42,902 nt of DNA, from IMG/VR virus record IMGVR_UViG_3300044711_000031, positions 1-42,902 of that record; one strand, given 5' to 3'. The position numbers and the translations under genes are program-made. Shown piece by piece: positions 8,040 through 14,649 of this stretch (the first letter of the stretch is position 1; the number at the start of each line of letters is the position of its first letter). Under the pieces are notes generated by a model, which saw only the letters and a program-made list of their open reading frames with translations, made no database searches and had not been told where the DNA came from. The DNA comes from a virus. Its lineage: Duplodnaviria > Caudoviricetes.

Positions 8040-8196
8040 GCCTGTGGTGGCGTGGGCTGTGGTGTTGGACGGAAAATTTGAAGTGGCACGAAAAACCAAG
8101 GGCCAAGCGAAATCATATATTTCCTATTGGCTACTGGCTACCAAATCAGACTCCATCCGCATCGTCAAACTCATCGAGGACCGAAAGGGGAAGTGA
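8029..8196 (+). CDS. Hypothetical protein (55 aa)
   Basis: MKRKPVVAWAVVLDGK...; GGAG RBS; TGATG overlap with next gene. Confidence 0.55.
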   Translation: MKRKPVVAWAVVLDGKFEVARKTKGQAKSYISYWLLATKSDSIRIVKLIEDRKGK

Positions 8197-8363
8197 TGGA
8201 AGCCAAACCCACCCTATTCGATAACGGATGCGCTGATTACTGCGCCAATTGTAGCATGGCGATCATCAGGGAGTTGCTTGATGGACCTTGGCTCCACGTG
8301 GATACTGGAAGCACCACATGCAACCCCCAAAAACCAGTTGCAACCAAACCAGAGGTGGAGTGA
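8196..8363 (+). CDS. Hypothetical protein
   Basis: CANC...WLH...C motif; coupled ORF. Confidence 0.55.
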   Translation: MEAKPTLFDNGCADYCANCSMAIIRELLDGPWLHVDTGSTTCNPQKPVATKPEVE

Positions 8364-8521
8364 TGAGTAGCCAATCAATAGCGGCGTTAGGAGTAGTTTC
8401 CATGATTACCTCGTGGGGAGTTATGTTGGCCGTGTATCAAATCATCGACCGCATCTGCGCCCATCGAGAAATCATGGCCGGGAAGCAACCTCCGCTTGAC
8501 ACACCACCAGAGGTTCGCTAA
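8363..8521 (+). CDS. Small membrane protein
   Basis: One hydrophobic segment; TGATG overlap. Confidence 0.55.
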   Translation: MSSQSIAALGVVSMITSWGVMLAVYQIIDRICAHREIMAGKQPPLDTPPEVR

Positions 8522-8610
8522 GATGGGTATTGCATTGTCGGTTCGGAATGCTGGAAGCGGTCGGGTGCCATCACACCCGACCCACCAGCGGCCTCTTGAT
8601 GGAGGGGATC

Positions 8611-9144
8611 TTGAGAAAATCTTTTCGTAAGCTGGTTTTGGCACGTGATCGTGGCATCTGCCAGAAGTGCCGAGCCGACTGCGCCACGCTAGAATCTGTT
8701 CTGTATTCCTGCCTCAACAAACTCAGCCATGAAGAATCTGCTGTTCTAATACACGCCTTGGGGCGTCGAGCGGCCAAGTTCCCCAATTCGTCTCTGTGGG
8801 AAGCGGATCACATCATCCCGTTGGCCGAGGGAGGATCTGACACGTTAGCCAATATCCGCACGCTGTGTCTCGATTGTCATTTCCACGAAACTTCGATGAT
8901 AGTCCGGCGCAAGAAGGCCCCGGCTCCGAAGTCTCCAGTCCGACGAGAATTTGAATGGACCAACGACTTCCCTTACCCCGAGTCCGAGAGACTTGAGGAC
9001 GCCTATGCGGGACGAATGGACAATGACGATATTCAGGAGCGAGCGGGTTCAGAGGCTTTCGATGAGTATGTGCGAGAGGACGCACATACAGATCGTATGT
9101 GCGAAATGGGCACATACAAAGAGGGAGCACCGCACATACGCTAA
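8611..9144 (+). CDS. HNH endonuclease (McrA-like, zinc-binding) with acidic tail
   Basis: RDRGICQKC...WEADHIIPLAEGGSDTLANIRTLCLDCH; start TTG 8611 after GGAGG (ATG 8599 is an alternative). Confidence 0.85.
   Translation: MRKSFRKLVLARDRGICQKCRADCATLESVLYSCLNKLSHEESAVLIHALGRRAAKFPNSSLWEADHIIPLAEGGSDTLANIRTLCLDCHFHETSMIVRRKKAPAPKSPVRREFEWTNDFPYPESERLEDAYAGRMDNDDIQERAGSEAFDEYVREDAHTDRMCEMGTYKEGAPHIR
9066..9139. promoter_or_regulatory. Five 8-bp GCACATAC/GTATGTGC boxes (iteron- or operator-like)
   Basis: GTATGTGC at 9066 and 9095; GCACATAC at 9082, 9110 and 9132. Confidence 0.7.
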
Positions 9145-9770
9145 TGGCAAACTGGACCATGCGCGTGCCGGACTCTTTGCTAGCCAAGGCTAAGATTGCG
9201 GCTGCTTCGCAAGATATTGAATTGTCTGAGTTTACAAGGAACTCATGGCGCAAGATAATACGCTCATCGGAGCGAGCAAGGAAGGCTCAGATTGAACCTG
9301 TCGAGGAAGTCAAAAACGGAAACGGAACAAGAAGAACTACTTCCAAAACTACAGACCTAGAACCAAAACATAACCCTTCTTCGGTAGGGAAGGATTTTGC
9401 TGTTCAGCTTTCGGGTAAGATCCGAGAGAACAACCCAAACTGCAAGCCTTTCACAGAGAAGCAGCTTTCGGATTGGGCGCATGTGGCCGATTTGATGATG
9501 GCCAGGGATGGAAGGTTGGCCCCCGACATTGAGGCCGTGATCGAATGGTGTCAGTCGGATTCGTTCTGGAAAAGCAATATCCTGAGCATGGGTAAGTTGC
9601 GTGAGAAGTTCGATCAGTTGACGCTGAAGATGAAGAATCCGATCGCCAACAAGTCGTACAAATCTGCTCCTGTTTTGTCGGCTCCGGTTCGCTCCGAAAT
9701 GACAGAGGAGCAATGGGCCGAATGGCAGGCTCAGGAAGACCTACGATGCAAGCAGATGGGACTCCTATGA
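9144..9770 (+). CDS. Replication initiator-like protein: N-terminal RHH-like segment plus lambda-O-type C-terminal domain
   Basis: WAHVADLMMARDGR...DSFWKSNILSMGKLREKFDQL matches the O-protein C-terminal pattern; N-terminus NWTMRVPDSLLAKAKIAAA...LSEFTR. Confidence 0.75.
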   Translation: MANWTMRVPDSLLAKAKIAAASQDIELSEFTRNSWRKIIRSSERARKAQIEPVEEVKNGNGTRRTTSKTTDLEPKHNPSSVGKDFAVQLSGKIRENNPNCKPFTEKQLSDWAHVADLMMARDGRLAPDIEAVIEWCQSDSFWKSNILSMGKLREKFDQLTLKMKNPIANKSYKSAPVLSAPVRSEMTEEQWAEWQAQEDLRCKQMGLL

Positions 9771-9821
9771 GGGAGCGCTTTGTCGAGAATTTGGCAGCGA
9801 AGTTTGGAAAGGAAAGGAACC

Positions 9822-9995
9822 ATGAAGGTCCACATGCTGAGATCGCCGGGAAGTTGGGGGACGATTCAACCGTTCAAGTGCAAGATCAAGAACCCGATGC
9901 GGTTCGATTGGTCGAACAACCCGAAGAACGTGGATTGCAAACTGTGCCTCCGTGTCATGCGCCAAGAGCACCCAAAGCACAAAAGCCCATCGTAG
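9822..9995 (+). CDS. Small Cys/His protein nested in the alternative ORF 9767-10078
   Basis: AAGGA RBS; MKVH...C...W...VDCKLC. Confidence 0.5.
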   Translation: MKVHMLRSPGSWGTIQPFKCKIKNPMRFDWSNNPKNVDCKLCLRVMRQEHPKHKSPS

Positions 9996-10074
9996 CCAAG
10001 GAGTACGTCAGCCCCACCGAATTTCGGGAGTTCCTAGGGGAGCTTGCAAGGATCGCAAAGGAAAAAGGGATCAA

Positions 10075-10701
10075 GTGAAGCCATATTACGATCACGGGGG
10101 GATTGTGGTCTACAATGCCGATTGCCGCGATTTGCTGCCATCCATAGAGCCGAAATCGTTCAATGCTGTGCTCACAGACCCTCCATATGGGATCGGGGCT
10201 TCAAATGGAATTGGAAAGTACGGTAGGCTCCGTGCGAAGGATGAGCCATCTTGGGATACGGCAGCGGTTGACCTTGCTCACCTTCCGAACGTTCAGTCTA
10301 TCGTATGGGGAGGAAATTACTTCCCGTTGCCTCCAAGCCGCATGTATGTCGTTTGGGACAAGGGAGCCGGGTTTGCAGGTCGTGACTTTGCTGAATGTGA
10401 GCAAGCGTGGTGCTCTTGGGATGGCAATGCGCGAATCTATCGCCGTGATCCGCTAGCTGCTCGAGATTATATCGGCAAGGAACATCCCACGGAGAAACCC
10501 ATCCCCCTGTTTCAGTGGTGCTTAGGGATATTTCCCGATACGGTTGAGTGTGTGATTGATCCCTACGTTGGATCTGGTACCACACTGATTGCCGCCAAGA
10601 ATCTCGGTGTAAAGGCCATCGGCATCGAGATCGAGGAGCGCTACTGCGAGATAGCGGCAAAGCGCCTATCCCAAGAAGTACTGGACTGGAGCGCCAAATG
10701 A
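10075..10701 (+). CDS. DNA methyltransferase (N6A/N4C, beta class)
   Basis: TDPPY catalytic motif, HPTEKP, and DPYVGSGTT SAM-binding motif. Confidence 0.92.
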   Translation: MKPYYDHGGIVVYNADCRDLLPSIEPKSFNAVLTDPPYGIGASNGIGKYGRLRAKDEPSWDTAAVDLAHLPNVQSIVWGGNYFPLPPSRMYVVWDKGAGFAGRDFAECEQAWCSWDGNARIYRRDPLAARDYIGKEHPTEKPIPLFQWCLGIFPDTVECVIDPYVGSGTTLIAAKNLGVKAIGIEIEERYCEIAAKRLSQEVLDWSAK

Positions 10702-11060
10702 CACCTGACTGGTGGTGCTGCAACTGCGAAGCCGTAAGGGACTTGGACAACCACGGGCGCTGCTCGTGCTGTTCCTCAGACTCCGTTTGTGTCGCTAACC
10801 CAGGCACCAAGCGATTCCCCAAGCTACCAACCCACGTGGAGTTTTCCAAGATGTTCGAGGTGCTGAAATGGAATCAATGTAACAACGGAGGCAACCAAAT
10901 GAGCGAAGTAATCGTAACCGCAAGGCAAGTTCGGCTCTCACTCCGAGAGGCCGCTGAGAAGGTGGATTCCTTGGCCGGGAAGCACCTCAACGTCACAGAT
11001 GATTTTGAGTGGAATGCGGCACTGGCTGATTTACACGCAGCCCTGGAGGCTACGAAGTGA
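10698..11060 (+). CDS. Zinc-ribbon hypothetical protein (possible internal start at 10899)
   Basis: CCNC...CSCC; second GGAGG RBS before MSEVIVT. Confidence 0.6.
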   Translation: MTPDWWCCNCEAVRDLDNHGRCSCCSSDSVCVANPGTKRFPKLPTHVEFSKMFEVLKWNQCNNGGNQMSEVIVTARQVRLSLREAAEKVDSLAGKHLNVTDDFEWNAALADLHAALEATK

Positions 11061-11239
11061 AAACCTTCCCCGATTGCCCCTTCAGCGAATTGCAAATCTA
11101 CCTGCTTCGCAAGCACGCCGATGAGGTGATAACCCATCCTCCGGCGTTCATGGAGTTGCAGGACCCGGACGGTTGCCAGTATATGCGAGGGCAGCATGTG
11201 CTGGCGGTAGTGGTGAAATTTGAGGAGGAAGAGGAATGA
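11057..11239 (+). CDS. Hypothetical protein
   Basis: Coupled ORF with RBS. Confidence 0.6.
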   Translation: MKTFPDCPFSELQIYLLRKHADEVITHPPAFMELQDPDGCQYMRGQHVLAVVVKFEEEEE

Positions 11240-12207
11240 GCAAACTCATGGAAGAAGTTCAGAAGTTGCTTGATCGACTGGACAAATCGCCCATGCGAGA
11301 CACAACCGAGTGGCGGTGGGGCCGTCAAGTCGAGGAACTCCGCGCAGCCCTCGATCCGGGGAGTGAGGGGCGCTGGATTTGCGAGAATCCCGAATGCCAA
11401 GCAAGTTTTGCAGAGTACATAAACGGGTGCCCGAAATGCAGTGAGCGCGGACTTGCCTTTTCCGTTCTCCAGCAACCCCACCCTCAGCCCTCACGGGTGG
11501 TTGAGGAAGGCGTGTACGTCGCGTCAAGGGCGAGCGTTCCTGAGCGATCCGCAATGTGGCGTAGGCTTCGCGCCGAGGGATGGCCGATTGTCTCAACATG
11601 GATTGATGAGGCCGGAGAAGGCGAGACTGAGAACTTCGCAGAATTGTGGTTGCGCATCTCGCGAGAAATAGCCTCAGCCGGGAAGCTCATCTTCTACGCT
11701 GAAGCAGGAGACTTCCCGTTGAAAGGTGCGCTCATCGAAGTAGGCATCGCGCTTGGACTTGGAAAGACGGTGTGCGCCGTGTTGCCGGGAGTTCAGATGG
11801 AGTCTCGCACTTATCGCCCAGTCGGTTCGTGGATCGCGCATCCACAGATTCACATCTTCGATACGGTTGAAGCAGCACTTGCCGCTCGACTCCGCGCCAC
11901 TCCCACCATCTCGGATGGGGAGCTTGCCCGTCAGGTATCGGAATATGGAATGACGCAAGAAAAGTTGGAGGAGTTGGCAGCAGGAATTTTCAAATCTGTA
12001 TCAGACAAGATAGGTGGAGGCTGGTTGCTAGCAGGAGACAAAGAACTGGCAAATGCTATCCTAGCCGCTCTCCAAACCGCAGTTGCGGAGCAGCAGGAGT
12101 TGGACGCCAAGATCGCAGAGGATTACATTGGCGAGTATTCATCACATAAGGCAATCTGTTGGGCAATCGCCCAAACCATCAGGGAAGGCAAGAAAGAAAG
12201 GGCTTGA
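11236..12207 (+). CDS. Composite protein with a nucleoside 2-deoxyribosyltransferase-like domain
   Basis: VYVAS...STWIDE...LIFYAE...KGALIEVGIALGLGKTV, preceded by a CENPEC...CPKC zinc ribbon. Confidence 0.65.
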   Translation: MSKLMEEVQKLLDRLDKSPMRDTTEWRWGRQVEELRAALDPGSEGRWICENPECQASFAEYINGCPKCSERGLAFSVLQQPHPQPSRVVEEGVYVASRASVPERSAMWRRLRAEGWPIVSTWIDEAGEGETENFAELWLRISREIASAGKLIFYAEAGDFPLKGALIEVGIALGLGKTVCAVLPGVQMESRTYRPVGSWIAHPQIHIFDTVEAALAARLRATPTISDGELARQVSEYGMTQEKLEELAAGIFKSVSDKIGGGWLLAGDKELANAILAALQTAVAEQQELDAKIAEDYIGEYSSHKAICWAIAQTIREGKKERA

Positions 12208-12232
12208 CACACGTGGTGGCACATCGTAGAAT
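12204..12232 (+). promoter_or_regulatory. Promoter TTGACA-N17-TAGAAT
   Basis: Near-perfect sigma70 consensus; GTG start 6 nt downstream. Confidence 0.8.
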
Positions 12233-12238
12233 CCTCCA

Positions 12239-12385
12239 GTGTCGAGAACGTATATATCAGTTGAGGTCAGCGCCAAGTTCAAGCGCGAGCTAGAAGCTGC
12301 TGCGAAGTGCGATCACCGGACCCTGAGCGATCAGGTAAGGTTGTGGCTCCATGAAAAGCTAGTGGAAGGTAAGGGGAAGAAATGA
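12239..12385 (+). CDS. Ribbon-helix-helix (Arc/CopG-like) regulator, leaderless
   Basis: MSRTYISVEVSAKFKRELEAAAKCDHRTLSDQVRLWL (not in the supplied ORF track). Confidence 0.75.
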   Translation: MSRTYISVEVSAKFKRELEAAAKCDHRTLSDQVRLWLHEKLVEGKGKK

Positions 12386-12561
12386 AGGAACATCCAGATT
12401 ACGTAGCTCGTGGAATGGCATTCTCGGTAGCTGGTCTGGTGGCATCTAGAGATGGTAATCATTGGTTTGCCGCCGCGTTCTTGCTCATCGGCGCATATTC
12501 AGCATGGAAGGTGCTTATTGAACTTGTCTCGTCCATCCGCAAAGGACTACTTCACCACTAA
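12382..12561 (+). CDS. Small membrane protein
   Basis: 59 aa, two hydrophobic segments; ATGA overlap. Confidence 0.55.
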   Translation: MKEHPDYVARGMAFSVAGLVASRDGNHWFAAAFLLIGAYSAWKVLIELVSSIRKGLLHH

Positions 12562-12647
12562 GCCATGAAGCGCCTCAACCTGATCAGCTTCGTCATCACC
12601 GTGCCGCTGGTAGTTGTAGTTATCTCACTCTGTCTAGGAGGGAAGTA

Positions 12648-12959
12648 ATGTCCAAGTTTCTCGCCATCTTCACGGCGCTCAGTCCAGTACTAGGGGCGCT
12701 CTCTCAGTCCGCAGAATCCATCTTCGGACCCGGCAATGGTGCCGCCAAATTCCAGTTCGTTCTTGGGGCTGTCAACTTCGGGGTGACCCAAGCACTGCCT
12801 CACTTCACTGATATGCTCAAGAGCCACGACGCTGCCAGCATCAACTCATTTGCCGGAGACGCCACAAACCTTGTTGTCGCTGGCTTGAACGCCGCAGGGA
12901 AGCTCGGCAAGCCAGCTCCAGTTTTGGTAGGATCTAGTTCAACCACAGGAGGCAAGTAA
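12648..12959 (+). CDS. Hypothetical protein, possibly membrane- or lysis-associated
   Basis: AGGAGG RBS; hydrophobic; upstream of endolysin. Confidence 0.7.
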   Translation: MSKFLAIFTALSPVLGALSQSAESIFGPGNGAAKFQFVLGAVNFGVTQALPHFTDMLKSHDAASINSFAGDATNLVVAGLNAAGKLGKPAPVLVGSSSTTGGK

Positions 12960-13321
12960 TGCCATTCACCGACCAACAGAAGGCGTATCTGCTTTGCACG
13001 ATCTACCAATCCCTCAAGGACGGGAAGTACAGCACCACCCAGCCGGAGGGGGAGTTCGTGTACATCAAGACTCCAGTTCATGGGCCTGCCATTGACGGCT
13101 CCGTGGACTACCCGCCGACCGTTCCGAACGGCACCGCCAACGATGATGGCTCAACCACTCAGGCAGCGGACTACTGGTTCAAGGGATACGACAAGGGAAC
13201 CCTGACGGCTTGGGAATTCGGCTACGGCGATCCGAAACTTCCCACCGACCCCAACAGCGAGCAGTTCAAGGTGCTGCAATCGTTCGTCAACCCCGAAGTG
13301 GCTCCGACCGAGGGGAGTTAG
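12959..13321 (+). CDS. Hypothetical protein
   Basis: AGGAGG RBS; TAATG overlap. Confidence 0.75.
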   Translation: MPFTDQQKAYLLCTIYQSLKDGKYSTTQPEGEFVYIKTPVHGPAIDGSVDYPPTVPNGTANDDGSTTQAADYWFKGYDKGTLTAWEFGYGDPKLPTDPNSEQFKVLQSFVNPEVAPTEGS

Positions 13322-13329
13322 GGTAGCAC

Positions 13330-13443
13330 ATGGTGCAGTTGGCGGAGTGGCCTAACGCTGATCTGTAGTAAAGCGGGGGAAAAGTCGCTACAGCGCTGCA
13401 AGTACCTCGCTCGCAGGTTCGAGTCCTGCACTGTGCCGTACCA
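13330..13443 (+). tRNA. Non-canonical tRNA-like RNA (no assignable anticodon)
   Basis: Acceptor ATGGTGCAGT/ACTGTGCCGT followed by ACCA; D-arm GCG-GAGTGGCCTAA-CGC; T-arm GCAGG-TTCGAGT-CCTGC; 54-nt aberrant centre. Confidence 0.75.
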
Positions 13444-13500
13444 ATCTTGGAAGTACGTGGACCCGCCCCGGCGTCGGGCCAAGGAAACGCCGTTTAAATA

Positions 13501-13653
13501 ATGATCAAAGCGATAATCGCGTGGCTTAAACAAAAGCACTGGCTTCACGATTGGGAGAATTGGCAGGGCGAGCATGATTGCGATGCAAGCCGAAGATATG
13601 TTTTCAAGGTCTGCCGCAAGTGCAAACTAAGAACGGAAGACATCCGCATATGA
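13501..13653 (+). CDS. Small His/Cys protein (50 aa)
   Basis: MIKAIIAWLKQKHWLHDWE...CRKC; ATGA overlap with endolysin. Confidence 0.55.
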   Translation: MIKAIIAWLKQKHWLHDWENWQGEHDCDASRRYVFKVCRKCKLRTEDIRI

Positions 13654-14075
13654 TACCCACCAACATCTACGAGCAACTCAAGCGGGACGAAGGGATGCGC
13701 CTAAAGCCTTATCGAGACTCCGTTGGCAAGCTCACCATCGGTGTAGGACGGAACCTCGATGATGTGGGGATCAGCGAGGAAGAGGCTGAGGATTTGCTTC
13801 AGAATGACATTCTCCGAATCGGAGATGAACTTACAAAGGCTGGATTAGAAAGCCCTCATCCATCAGTCATTACTCCTCGCGAATGGGTTCTCGTAAACAT
13901 GGCGTTCAACATGGGAATCTCTGGCCTCTTGGAGTTTCGCCAGATGCTCGAAGCATACCGCGCCGGGGACTACGCCAAGGCCGCTCAGGAGATGCTCAAC
14001 AGCAAGTGGGAAACCCAAGTGGGGGACCGCGCTCACAGATTAAGCCGTCAAATGGAGACTGGAGAATGGGTATGA
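13650..14075 (+). CDS. Endolysin, T4-lysozyme-like (GH24)
   Basis: DEGMRLKPYRDSVGKLTIGVG with E-D-T triad; NMAFNMG; SKW..QVG.RA. Confidence 0.93.
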   Translation: MIPTNIYEQLKRDEGMRLKPYRDSVGKLTIGVGRNLDDVGISEEEAEDLLQNDILRIGDELTKAGLESPHPSVITPREWVLVNMAFNMGISGLLEFRQMLEAYRAGDYAKAAQEMLNSKWETQVGDRAHRLSRQMETGEWV

Positions 14076-14215
14076 CTCCAGAACCCGAGCATCACTACAA
14101 GACAGATGAACCAAACAGCGGCCCTGTGGCGTTCATCAGGGGGCTCGTGGTGGGTGTGGTGATAGGCGCGTTGCTATCAGGGTTCGTGGTGCTCGCCATC
14201 AGTGATTGTCGCTAG
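14072..14215 (+). CDS. Small single-TM protein after endolysin
   Basis: ATGA overlap; hydrophobic C-terminus. Confidence 0.55.
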   Translation: MTPEPEHHYKTDEPNSGPVAFIRGLVVGVVIGALLSGFVVLAISDCR

Positions 14216-14322
14216 TAAGGCGAATCAAGCTCCATAGCAGTTTCATTCTTTCCACGATCTGAGGCAAGTAACTCCGCTTCCAAAACTTCCTTCTAGTCTC
14301 GTACTCAACCGCAATCAGCAAC

Positions 14323-14649
14323 TCATACAAGGCTGTCTGGATCTGGCGTTCTCGCGGCGTAAGGGATGTTTCTAATCCGCCTCTCGATCCCTTGAAATCG
14401 AGGCTCTGCCAACTCTCGTGGCAAAAGCTGATCGTGCATTTCCTTCTTCAGCGCAGTGATCGTATTGGCCAACTCCAGCTTCGTTGGTGTGTTCTTGATT
14501 AGCTCATCCAGCTTCTCCGAGTTCCGATACTGGAATGCCAGCAGCAGCGCAACTAGAACGATGAACGCCCACAACTGACCCTCGCTGATTCCCTTTACTA
14601 CACCATCAGAGGGAAGTTGGTAATACCAAGTTAGTAAGGTGGGAATCAA
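14323..14649 (-). CDS. Membrane protein at the end of the late operon (holin-like candidate)
   Basis: TM segment LWAFIVLVALLLAF followed by a coiled-coil-like region. Confidence 0.55.
   Translation of the reverse strand: MIPTLLTWYYQLPSDGVVKGISEGQLWAFIVLVALLLAFQYRNSEKLDELIKNTPTKLELANTITALKKEMHDQLLPRELAEPRFQGIERRIRNIPYAARTPDPDSLV

Noticed and set aside
13359-13372. tRNA-Tyr(GTA) call from CTGTA
   Set aside because: Too few bases between the D-stem and this motif, and no complementary 3' strand for an anticodon stem
13330-13443. tRNA-Sec or tmRNA
   Set aside because: No TCA anticodon or 6-bp D-stem; no G3-U70 pair or tag reading frame
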